Source of the DNA: Candidatus Nanoarchaeia archaeon
Lineage (GTDB): Archaea; Nanobdellota; Nanobdellia; Woesearchaeales; JANQNC01
Reading direction: 5' to 3'
Assembly (NCBI GenBank): GCA_028279745.1
Contig: JANQNC010000001.1
Span: forward strand, 450,001 to 482,000
Length of the DNA: 32,000 nt
The notes under the pieces are model-generated. The model did no database searches and was not told the origin of the DNA. It was given only the letters and a program-made list of their open reading frames with translations. Positions 18,270 to 26,371 of the stretch are shown here, in pieces (the first letter of the stretch is position 1; every line of letters starts with the position of its first letter). A program made the translations under genes and the position numbers.

Positions 18270-20480
18270 ATGATAACAAGAGGTGAACTAACCATGAACT
18301 TAACAAAAATTTTACTGGTGCCATTACTAATAATGTTCTTACTGAGCGGCGTAATTGCACAGAATGCAAGCTTAGCAGATCAGATAAGAGACGCGATCAA
18401 CAATTCTGGAGATAATTCAATCCCCACATTAATAATCAAGAACCTATCTGAAAAAGACAGGGATGAAGTAAAAGAAGTAATCCAAGAAAAACTGGATGAC
18501 CTTAGAAAAGGTGAGATTAGCGGGAAAAACGCTAGAGACGAAGTCAAAGAAATCATAATCAAAAAAGCAACACCCGAAGTTATCAGAAAAATCAAAGATG
18601 AAGAATCAGTTAGAGTATGGATCAAGTATGAAGAAGGCAGTGAGAAAGCAGCAAAAAGAGCTAGCGAACAATCAGAAAGACCAGAGATAGAAACCATTCT
18701 TGAAATAAGCTCAGAAGAAGAGCTAATTGAACTTGAAGAAGACTCTGACGTAGTAGAAATAATCGAAGATCCAATCCTATATGAAGAATTATCTGTTGCA
18801 TTACCTTACATAGGCGGAACAGAAGTTCAAACCTACACTATAAACGGAAACCCAATCGATGGGGAAGGACAGACAGTATGTGTCGTGGACGGAGGAATCA
18901 CATACACAAACCCAAGTTTAGGCGGATGTTTCGGAGAAGGATGTAAAGTAGTGGCAGGATACGACTATGCAAACAAAGATGACGATCCAAAAGATCCAAG
19001 AGGACATGGCACCCATGTAGCAGGAATCGTGGCTGCAGATGGAAAAATAAAAGGTGTGGCTCCAAAAGCAAACTTAATTGCACAAAGAGTATGTAATGAT
19101 AAAGGAAGCTGTTATGGATCAAGCATGAGTTCAGCAATAACCTGGTGTGCAGACAATGCAGAAAAGTACAACATAGTAGCAATCACAATCAGCATAGGAG
19201 ACAAAGGAGAATATACCAAAGATACATGTCCAACATGGATGGACAGCAAGATGAAAAAAGCACATGACAAAGGAATCATAATCACAGCAGCATCAGGAAA
19301 CCAAAAACACAAAGACGGAATAAGTTACCCTGCATGTTCACCATACGTAACAGCAGTTGGTGCGTCAGGAAGAAATAACAATAACATAAGAAGCTCAACA
19401 AACAGGGGCTATGGACTAGATCTTTTAGCACCAGGAACAAACATAAGATCAACATGTGGAAATAGTGAATGTACAAAAACAGGAACCTCCATGGCAACAC
19501 CTTTCGTAGCAGGGAGTGCAGCTTTGATCAAGCAGTACTATACTGATGCAGGATACGACATAACAGGCAAAGAGATAGAAACACTATTACAAGATACAGG
19601 AGTTAGTGCTGGAGGATACAAAAGAATAGATCTAGTGGCAGCATTCGAAGCTACAGGATACTACAAGAACGTTACTTTGCCCGTACCTGAAACTTATGAT
19701 ATCAGCATAGAAAACGTAATGATTGCAAACAAAAACTCAATAAATGTTGAAGAACCAGTAGAGTTTTATTTTGACTTCGAAAGCAAAGAGAATAAGACTG
19801 AAGCAGAGTACACCATATTTATTGATGAAACAGTTTATGAAACAAACACTATTAACTTTAGTTCAAGTGATACTATAAGGCACGCAAGAAACATAATTTT
19901 AGACGAAGGCGTACACGTATTAAAAATAGTGGTTGATAAAGAAAACATAGTTAACGAGACTGATGAAACAAACAACGAGAAACAAATAACTTTCGATGTT
20001 AATCCAGTTATTACTTGTTACATGTGTAATGAAAACAGTTGGACAGTTGAAACAACAAAAACTGTTGGAAACAAATGTGACTCAGGATGGGAAAAAGTGG
20101 AACCAGTATGCAAAGCGCCAGAATACGACTTAGAGGTAAAAAGCATCCAAATCCCAAATATGAACCCTCCAAACACAGGAGAACCAGTAGAGTTTTATGT
20201 AAACTTTGTAAACCACAAAGATAGAGTTGATATGTTAAAATACGATCTTATCGTTGATGGAGAAGTCATACAAACAAGAACTGTGCCAGAGTTTAGTGCT
20301 GAAAGTGAAACAAGACACACATTTGGACTAATGCTAGATAACGGAAGACATGTTTTCAAGATTGTGGTAGACAGTGACAACCAGTTCTTAGAGACTGATG
20401 AAGGAAACAACCAGAAGAGCGTTACTTTTGATGTTTATGGTACAGATGTTAGTGAATGGCCTTATGTAGGCAGAAACTAA
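18270..20480 (+). CDS. Secreted subtilisin-like serine protease (peptidase S8) with an I9-like propeptide and two C-terminal CARDB-like domains
   Basis: Signal peptide MNLTKILLVPLLIMFLLSGVIAQNA. Asp-His-Ser triad in VCVVDGGI, HGTHVAGIV and GTSMATPFVAGSAA. Duplicated GEPVEFY ... H-V-x-KIVVD ... ETDExNN ... TFDV modules. The start is either ATG 18270 (23 nt after the TATA box) or ATG 18294 (7 nt after AGGTGA). Confidence 0.9.
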   Translation: MITRGELTMNLTKILLVPLLIMFLLSGVIAQNASLADQIRDAINNSGDNSIPTLIIKNLSEKDRDEVKEVIQEKLDDLRKGEISGKNARDEVKEIIIKKATPEVIRKIKDEESVRVWIKYEEGSEKAAKRASEQSERPEIETILEISSEEELIELEEDSDVVEIIEDPILYEELSVALPYIGGTEVQTYTINGNPIDGEGQTVCVVDGGITYTNPSLGGCFGEGCKVVAGYDYANKDDDPKDPRGHGTHVAGIVAADGKIKGVAPKANLIAQRVCNDKGSCYGSSMSSAITWCADNAEKYNIVAITISIGDKGEYTKDTCPTWMDSKMKKAHDKGIIITAASGNQKHKDGISYPACSPYVTAVGASGRNNNNIRSSTNRGYGLDLLAPGTNIRSTCGNSECTKTGTSMATPFVAGSAALIKQYYTDAGYDITGKEIETLLQDTGVSAGGYKRIDLVAAFEATGYYKNVTLPVPETYDISIENVMIANKNSINVEEPVEFYFDFESKENKTEAEYTIFIDETVYETNTINFSSSDTIRHARNIILDEGVHVLKIVVDKENIVNETDETNNEKQITFDVNPVITCYMCNENSWTVETTKTVGNKCDSGWEKVEPVCKAPEYDLEVKSIQIPNMNPPNTGEPVEFYVNFVNHKDRVDMLKYDLIVDGEVIQTRTVPEFSAESETRHTFGLMLDNGRHVFKIVVDSDNQFLETDEGNNQKSVTFDVYGTDVSEWPYVGRN
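19695..20003 (+). repeat. CARDB-like domain copy 1 inside the S8 protease gene
   Basis: YDISIENV ... EEPVEFYFDF ... GVHVLKIVVDKENIVNETDETNNEKQITFDV. It shares the identical 18-mer gaaccagtagagttttat (19752..19769) with copy 2. Confidence 0.7.
20124..20438 (+). repeat. CARDB-like domain copy 2 inside the S8 protease gene
   Basis: YDLEVKSI ... GEPVEFYVNF ... GRHVFKIVVDSDNQFLETDEGNNQKSVTFDV. The identical 18-mer lies at 20181..20198. Confidence 0.7.
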
Positions 20481-20482
20481 TA

Positions 20483-20495
20483 TTTTTTATTTTTT
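20483..20495 (+). terminator. Oligo-T tracts immediately downstream of the S8 protease gene
   Basis: TTTTTTATTTTTT begins 3 nt after the TAA stop and runs into the stop codon of the convergent AT3 gene. Confidence 0.35.
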
Positions 20496-21558
20496 AATAT
20501 CTTATAATTCTATTCAAAATAATTTTATCCACAAAAAAATCAAGTATAACCGCTGAAACAAACACAATTGGGAAGTACAATACGTATAAAAATATGGGTT
20601 CCCCCATAATTTTTATGAGCCCTAGAAGCGGGCCATGAACTAAAAATAAAGAATAAGACAAAGTGCTAAGTTTTGATGCAATTAGGTTCAGCTTGGAACT
20701 AAAACTGGAGATTAAAGAAAACAAATAAAACATAAATAAAAAATAAGTTGTTGAAAAAACAATAAAACCCATTGGCTTAAACAATTCTGTGGAAAACAAA
20801 AGACTGGTGGCAACTGAAAGTAAAAATAAAAGCAACATCGCTCTCAGCCGTTTATGCTCAATAATAAAGTACCTTAACATTAACACCACAAAAGAAAATT
20901 CAAATAGCGACGTAATGAAAACAAACTTTGCAGCCCTAGTGCCAAAGAAAAAGTAAACCACATATTTAGAAATAACACTTACGATAAATAATGAAATAAA
21001 AATCACTTTCTTATCTGCCCGATCATATAAATCTTTGAAGAACCAAAAGAAAACATAAAGCGCCAATATAAGACCAATAAACCAAGTTGCTTCGTTTACA
21101 ACACCTCCTCCAAACCCAAAGTACGCCTGAACTGCAAAAATTGAAGCGATAAACTCGCCCCAAGACAAGTTTAAGGAGTTTAAAGAACCAACAAAAACAA
21201 AGTAAGAAATTATAACACCAAAAAAAACCACCAAATACTTAGGATAGATCTTAATAACTCTTTTCTTAAACCATTCTTTGAAAATTATACTTTTGTCTCT
21301 ATTATACGAAAGATACAGTCCAGCCCCACTAAGAATAACAAAAAAAGAAACACCAACTAGCCCCAAATTATTAAAAAGAAGATTTAGTGGATCATACTGC
21401 AAGGGTAAAAACCCCAAAGAGAATTCTGCAAAGTTATCTGAAATTATTCCTTTTCTTTTCATACCATTAAAAAAATGGCTTAAAATTATCATAACAACCG
21501 AGAAAAACCTCAGATAATCAAGCTCGACTAATCTTCCGCTTTTTGGTTTATTGTGCAT
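20494..21558 (-). CDS. Acyltransferase family 3 (AT3) membrane O-acyltransferase, paralogue 4
   Basis: LDYLRFFSVVMIILSHF and TWFIGLILALYVFFWFF blocks, polytopic. The ORF track begins at 21582. ATG 21558 (MHNKPKSGRL) is 23 nt downstream of TATA TTTTTTAAA (21582..21590, minus). Confidence 0.65.
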   Translation of the reverse strand: MHNKPKSGRLVELDYLRFFSVVMIILSHFFNGMKRKGIISDNFAEFSLGFLPLQYDPLNLLFNNLGLVGVSFFVILSGAGLYLSYNRDKSIIFKEWFKKRVIKIYPKYLVVFFGVIISYFVFVGSLNSLNLSWGEFIASIFAVQAYFGFGGGVVNEATWFIGLILALYVFFWFFKDLYDRADKKVIFISLFIVSVISKYVVYFFFGTRAAKFVFITSLFEFSFVVLMLRYFIIEHKRLRAMLLLFLLSVATSLLFSTELFKPMGFIVFSTTYFLFMFYLFSLISSFSSKLNLIASKLSTLSYSLFLVHGPLLGLIKIMGEPIFLYVLYFPIVFVSAVILDFFVDKIILNRIIRY

Positions 21559-21581
21559 CGTAATAATTACACCAAACATCA

Positions 21582-21590
21582 TTTAAAAAA
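21582..21590 (-). promoter_or_regulatory. TATA box for AT3 paralogue 4
   Basis: TTTTTTAAA on the minus strand, 23 nt upstream of ATG 21558. Confidence 0.5.
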
Positions 21591-21650
21591 GTTTGTTTTA
21601 TGTAGCCAAGTTGTATGCAGTTAAAAAAACCAACAAACTGATTAAAAACA

Positions 21651-21659
21651 TTTATAAAA
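21651..21659 (+). promoter_or_regulatory. TATA box for AT3 paralogue 5
   Basis: TTTATAAAA, 21 nt upstream of ATG 21681. Confidence 0.55.
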
Positions 21660-21680
21660 TAACTCACCACATTAACAGTC

Positions 21681-22718
21681 ATGGTAAAAAAGAGCAATTT
21701 CACAGTAGATTTGTTAAAGATCCTGTTCATACTCTTTGTATTGTTTTACCACCATCCAGACTATTTGGGTTTTATTATATTCAACATGCCAAAAGATCTT
21801 TTTTCTGCGTTTGGCAACCTTGGAGTGGCAGGATTCATAATCCTTTCAGGATTTGGATTAACTTATAGTGCACTAAGAGAAAAAAGAAAAAAATTAAACC
21901 TTTCTGAATTTTTTAAGAAAAGAGTGGTGCGGATACTCCCACTTTACTACGTTGCACTAATAGTATACATAGCTCTACATTCTAAAATATCGTTAGCTAA
22001 CTTTTTAAGTCACATATTTCTAATTAACGTGTTTATACCTGAGTTTGCACACAACCCAGGCTCACTGTGGTTTGTAGGTATAATCGTTCAGCTTTACATA
22101 GTGTTCCCTCTCCTATTACACCTTCTAAAAAAGAACCCAAAACTACTTGCAGCTTCTTCAATAGCAATATTCATAATAACAAGATACCTAATCTCACTAA
22201 ATATCTATCTTAAAGATTCGCTCGGTAATTGGCTGCCCCAATTTTCTTTTGGGATGTTTCTCGCACTTATCGTTTATGATAACAAATCTAAACTAACTTT
22301 AAAATCAAAGATCAAATATTCTTTTCTGCTTTTTGTGGCCGGAATAACACTTGTGTCACTGATGCTGCTTTACAGACACAACATCATCACACCAGACCTG
22401 GCCAAGATAGGTGCGCCTTTAGTACACATACTTTATTTTATAGCCGGCTACCACATCTTAGGTAAAATAAACACCCTCTTTAAAGGACAGATTAAAAAAA
22501 TACTGTTAACTATTAGTTACGGAACTTTTTGTATCTTCTTATTCCACAGACCAATATGGGCAGTATTTCAAAAAGTTTGGTTTTCTTTAGGATCTGAAAA
22601 CAACACATATAAGATACTCTTTATTATTGCTGTTGGGCTGTTAACAATCTTCATTACTGGATTTTACATACAAAAGTCTTATGATTTCTTAGTCAGAAAA
22701 CTCTCAAGAAAACAGTAA
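21681..22718 (+). CDS. Acyltransferase family 3 (AT3) membrane O-acyltransferase, paralogue 5
   Basis: DLLKILFILFVLFYHH, GVAGFIILSGFGLTYS, LWFVGIIVQLYIVFPLLLHLLKK, polytopic. Divergent from paralogue 4. Confidence 0.7.
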   Translation: MVKKSNFTVDLLKILFILFVLFYHHPDYLGFIIFNMPKDLFSAFGNLGVAGFIILSGFGLTYSALREKRKKLNLSEFFKKRVVRILPLYYVALIVYIALHSKISLANFLSHIFLINVFIPEFAHNPGSLWFVGIIVQLYIVFPLLLHLLKKNPKLLAASSIAIFIITRYLISLNIYLKDSLGNWLPQFSFGMFLALIVYDNKSKLTLKSKIKYSFLLFVAGITLVSLMLLYRHNIITPDLAKIGAPLVHILYFIAGYHILGKINTLFKGQIKKILLTISYGTFCIFLFHRPIWAVFQKVWFSLGSENNTYKILFIIAVGLLTIFITGFYIQKSYDFLVRKLSRKQ

Positions 22719-22728
22719 CGCAAATACA

Positions 22729-24030
22729 CTACTTTAGATATTTCATTGACAACTTATTAACGGTTGCTAAAGATTTCTTTCTCAACATGACCCAATTCTT
22801 TGATAATAAAGACTTCACCCTTTTTTTATTTTTTATCAGGAAATCTGCGTCTTTTAATAAAGCGTCACGGTTACTTTCAGAAACATCCCCATACACCTTT
22901 ACAGGGTACTTAAAAAGTCTAAACAAACCCTCCATCTTGACTGTGTTTGCGCTTAAAGGCAAGATAGGAGTATTTGCGAGAATAGAAAAAATAGTTCCAT
23001 GATACCTATCGGAAACCACCAAATCCATCTTTTTCATCACTGCAATGGTTTCGTCATGCCCAACAGGATCTAAAAATCCCAAACTAACCTTTTTAGACAG
23101 CTTATCATAAACTTTTTTGTCAAATGATTTGCAAGTGAATATAAAATATATTTTTTTATTAAATCTCTCTTTTAACAGTTTAACAAACTTAGACAAATTA
23201 TTAATATCTACTTCACGATCTCCACGTATAACAAGCCCAATACTCCCTTTGATTATGTCAAATTTCTTAGCTAACTTAGAATACCCTCTGTCAGAACGAA
23301 TAGCAACACTAAGTGCAGAATCTGGACAGGTAACCAATGTGTTCTTCTTTAAGCCAACCCTTAATAGATTCTTCCTAGAGCTTGACTCTCTCACTAGTTG
23401 CAGACTCACATCTTTAAATGCTGCCAACACCATCTTAATAAGAAACTTGTCTTTTATGTCAAAGCTGTGCTCCACTAGAATCACTTCTTTACCCCTCTTT
23501 AACGCGAGGTATATCTCGAATAACCTCATAGGAAGATAAAATTTATGGACGTCTGCAAATATCCCTCTGCCATTATACAAAATAACATCTGCTTCATCCA
23601 CTTTATCCATAAAACTTTTTGAATACAACTTTCTAAACAAAAAAGGAGCCACAGTATCCCAAGCTCCCCGACTGTACTTAGCTTGAATAAACTTATCCAG
23701 CAAATTATAAACTGGGTTATCAAACAATCGCATCTTGGTTATTAGTGAGTAAACATGTGACTCAAATCCTGCACTGGTTGCAAGACTGCAAACTTCAGCA
23801 TACCACTTATCAAAAACTTTTATGTGGCTCTTTAGATCTTTATGATACTTATCGAATTTATGTATGTTTAGATAAGGAAAGTTCTTACCATAATCATACT
23901 CGATTAAACAGTTCGAACTAGCCCTGATTAAGTTATATAAACCTTCAGATAATGCTTTGTCACCTATGTTTATCTGAGTATCATTTTTTTTATATGCATA
24001 AGGGTCGTTTAGTATCAACAATTTTTTCAT
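22729..24030 (-). CDS. Polysaccharide pyruvyl transferase family protein (CsaB/WcaK-like), copy B
   Basis: N-terminal INIGDKALSEGL, central ADVILYNGRGIF, CPDSALSV, and C-terminal VSDRYHGTIFSILANTPILPL match the PS_pyruv_trans pattern. Confidence 0.7.
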   Translation of the reverse strand: MKKLLILNDPYAYKKNDTQINIGDKALSEGLYNLIRASSNCLIEYDYGKNFPYLNIHKFDKYHKDLKSHIKVFDKWYAEVCSLATSAGFESHVYSLITKMRLFDNPVYNLLDKFIQAKYSRGAWDTVAPFLFRKLYSKSFMDKVDEADVILYNGRGIFADVHKFYLPMRLFEIYLALKRGKEVILVEHSFDIKDKFLIKMVLAAFKDVSLQLVRESSSRKNLLRVGLKKNTLVTCPDSALSVAIRSDRGYSKLAKKFDIIKGSIGLVIRGDREVDINNLSKFVKLLKERFNKKIYFIFTCKSFDKKVYDKLSKKVSLGFLDPVGHDETIAVMKKMDLVVSDRYHGTIFSILANTPILPLSANTVKMEGLFRLFKYPVKVYGDVSESNRDALLKDADFLIKNKKRVKSLLSKNWVMLRKKSLATVNKLSMKYLK

Positions 24031-24036
24031 TTTTAA

Positions 24037-25179
24037 TCAACTGAAATGTTTTCCTTTCAAAAGTTTTGTAATTATTCTTGCAAACGTGCTAAAACTAAAG
24101 AAATCTTTTTTCAGTCCTTCATCCTTTATATCATCATACATCCTCATCAACTCATCTAGTCTTCTTACAACAGGAAATATTAAACTCTTGTAGTATTTAC
24201 TCTTAATTCTTCTTGAGCTTTTTTCTATTCCCTTCAATATCCTATTTTTTGTTTTACTGTCTGGCAAGGTCATAACTGGTTTGCCTTTCTTTTGTAAGAG
24301 AGGCAGCACCGAAACTGATTTAACTCCCCTTTTACCAAATATAACATTAAAGATTGCAGTATTTCTCTCCCTAGCATATCTTATCCTTAGCTTGCCTTTG
24401 TTTTCATAGTTTAGATGGCTTTTCTCGTCTTTCATGTATGGAGAGGATATAAAATTGCCAATACCATAAAAAATTGGTTTTCCTCTGTAAACCTCATACC
24501 CTTGAAGACAGTGTGCATGATGACCTATAACCAGGTCTGCTCCACAATCGATTATCTTTCTTGCAGTTTCTATCTGTTCAGGCCGAGGGTTATGAGATTT
24601 TCCTTCTCCCCAGTGTAAAGATACAATCGCCAGGCCAGAGTTAAGTTTGTTTTTTACACACCTAACATCTTCTTTTATGTAACTAATTTTTATAGGTGCA
24701 ACTCCTGGCATCTTCTTTGTTGCTGCCTTGACAGGTTCTACAAACTCTTTTGTAAAAGAATACGAGTTAACCGTGATTATCTTCCCTTTCTTCTTAAAAA
24801 CCGCGGGCTTTCTTGACTCTTTTAGGTTTTTGCCACACCCAGCATATTTAATCTTCATCTTATCCAGAATTTTTTTAGTGTCTTTTGCGCCTTCATACCC
24901 ATAATCCATAATATGATTATTAGCCATGTTAAGGAAATCAATATTCATCTCTTTAAGCACTTTAAGTGGCTTTTTTTTAGTGTAAACAAGAATCTTATTT
25001 TTTGAGGGTTTTCCACGATTAGATGCTGGTGCTTCCAGGTTGCTGATTACTAAATCTGCAACTAGCCACTTTTTGGCTTTTTTTGGAAGATAACTATTCT
25101 TGATCTTGTTAAAGTCTTCTGAAAACTTTCCCCCTAACATCAAATCTCCAAAAAAAGATATTTTAAAATCTTTATTCAT
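24037..25179 (-). CDS. CapA/PgsA-family (PGA_cap) metallophosphoesterase-fold protein
   Basis: ISFFGDLMLGG, ISNLEAP, MANNHIMDYGYEGAKDT, VSLHWGEG, and GADLVIGHHAHCLQGYEVYRGKPIFYGIGNF all match CapA hallmark blocks. Its start overlaps the upstream stop by 8 nt. Confidence 0.85.
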   Translation of the reverse strand: MNKDFKISFFGDLMLGGKFSEDFNKIKNSYLPKKAKKWLVADLVISNLEAPASNRGKPSKNKILVYTKKKPLKVLKEMNIDFLNMANNHIMDYGYEGAKDTKKILDKMKIKYAGCGKNLKESRKPAVFKKKGKIITVNSYSFTKEFVEPVKAATKKMPGVAPIKISYIKEDVRCVKNKLNSGLAIVSLHWGEGKSHNPRPEQIETARKIIDCGADLVIGHHAHCLQGYEVYRGKPIFYGIGNFISSPYMKDEKSHLNYENKGKLRIRYARERNTAIFNVIFGKRGVKSVSVLPLLQKKGKPVMTLPDSKTKNRILKGIEKSSRRIKSKYYKSLIFPVVRRLDELMRMYDDIKDEGLKKDFFSFSTFARIITKLLKGKHFS

Positions 25180-26371
25180 TCTTTTTACCTTCAGTTATAA
25201 CCCTTAAAACTTTTCTTAGTTGCGAATTATACTCTTTGTTTATCTCTTTATACCTTTTAGCTAACTCATCAACCACTTTCTTTCTATTTTTGTAAATCTT
25301 TTCAAAACGTGTTTTTAAAAATCTTAGATCAAGCCCATCTAAATCTATATGAAAATCTGACTTACCCACATAATCCATTATGGCCCTGTTCTTCTTGGCG
25401 TAACCAATACTAATCAAGGGAGTGTGCATAGATGAAGAGAGAACCAATGAATGGAATCTCACTCCAACTAAAGCAAATAGTTCTCCAAAAATCCCTTTCA
25501 TCTCTCTAGGACCATACTGTCTTTTTACTACTCTGACACATTCTTTTACATCGTTATCTTCTAGCTCATTGTAAATCTCTTTTGCAAGATTTTTATCATT
25601 GTCTGGCTCATAAACATGCATCGGAAGGAATATTACGTTACACTTCTTCTTGCTTACCAAATACTCTACAAAATTCTTAATTGTGTCTTTAAAGTTATCT
25701 AGTTTTTCAGAACTAAATTTAGAGTTAAAATGATGCTTCTTGAACTCATCAGATGAAGAGAAACCCCTTAAACATATACCCACGGTTTTATCGTGAACAT
25801 ACATCCTTTCTTTTTCAAGTATTTTTTTTGCCTGCTGCGAACTTATAGGGACCAGCTGAGTCCCTGGATCGGGCAATAGGTTAACTTTACGCCCTTTCCC
25901 ACTAAGAAGGTAAAAATGTTTAAGGGTGTCATCTTCTCTAGCACCCAAATAACAAGAGTTACCACAAATGTACTTAAGCAGATAGCTTGAATAAGACGAT
26001 TTTATATCTCTCAAGCTTATAGAATAAACCACTGACTTCTTCCTGAAAATTGATGCGACAAAAGACAAAAAGGAGAAATAAGTCATGTGAAACTTATCAT
26101 CATAAAAAGGTGTGCCGCCCGTAAAGAATAAAGCATCTGAGTTCCTTAACGAACGGATTATACTTAAAATCCCTGTTTTAGGCGCATAAGAACTAACTTG
26201 ATACTTATCAGAGACTCTCCCAGGATATGAAGAGAAAACTGTAAACTTTACTTTGCCAATCTTTTCTATGGAATCTTTTATTCCAAGAAATACAGCATTA
26301 TCACCCACATTTGAACTGCTAAGCCAAGTACCTGTTGTGCAAATGTTTAAAGTTTTATCCACCTTCTTCAT
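25172..26371 (-). CDS. Polysaccharide pyruvyl transferase family protein, copy A
   Basis: SNVGDNAVFLGI, SDALFFTGGTPF, LPDPG, GVRFHSLVLSSSMHTPLISIGYAKK. ATGA overlap with the upstream GT4 gene. Confidence 0.72.
   Translation of the reverse strand: MKKVDKTLNICTTGTWLSSSNVGDNAVFLGIKDSIEKIGKVKFTVFSSYPGRVSDKYQVSSYAPKTGILSIIRSLRNSDALFFTGGTPFYDDKFHMTYFSFLSFVASIFRKKSVVYSISLRDIKSSYSSYLLKYICGNSCYLGAREDDTLKHFYLLSGKGRKVNLLPDPGTQLVPISSQQAKKILEKERMYVHDKTVGICLRGFSSSDEFKKHHFNSKFSSEKLDNFKDTIKNFVEYLVSKKKCNVIFLPMHVYEPDNDKNLAKEIYNELEDNDVKECVRVVKRQYGPREMKGIFGELFALVGVRFHSLVLSSSMHTPLISIGYAKKNRAIMDYVGKSDFHIDLDGLDLRFLKTRFEKIYKNRKKVVDELAKRYKEINKEYNSQLRKVLRVITEGKKNE

Noticed and set aside
18380-20410. Five antisense ORFs (18380..18697, 18898..19182, 19112..19312, 19282..19500, 20195..20410) opposite the S8 protease gene
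   Set aside because: They lie entirely inside a strongly supported CDS. Their translations are low-complexity (L/F/S-rich), as expected from reading purine-rich GAA/AAA-type codons backwards. None has a TATA box or SD signal.
21548-21868. ORFs 21548..21730 (-) and 21593..21868 (+) in and around the divergent AT3 promoter region
   Set aside because: They overlap the two TATA boxes and the N-termini of the AT3 genes. The AT3 frames have family motifs and these do not.
24037-25179. Interpreting the CapA-like gene as evidence for a poly-gamma-glutamate capsule locus
   Set aside because: No CapB (ATP-dependent amide ligase) or CapC-like small membrane protein ORF is present anywhere in the window. 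The flanking genes are sugar-modifying enzymes.
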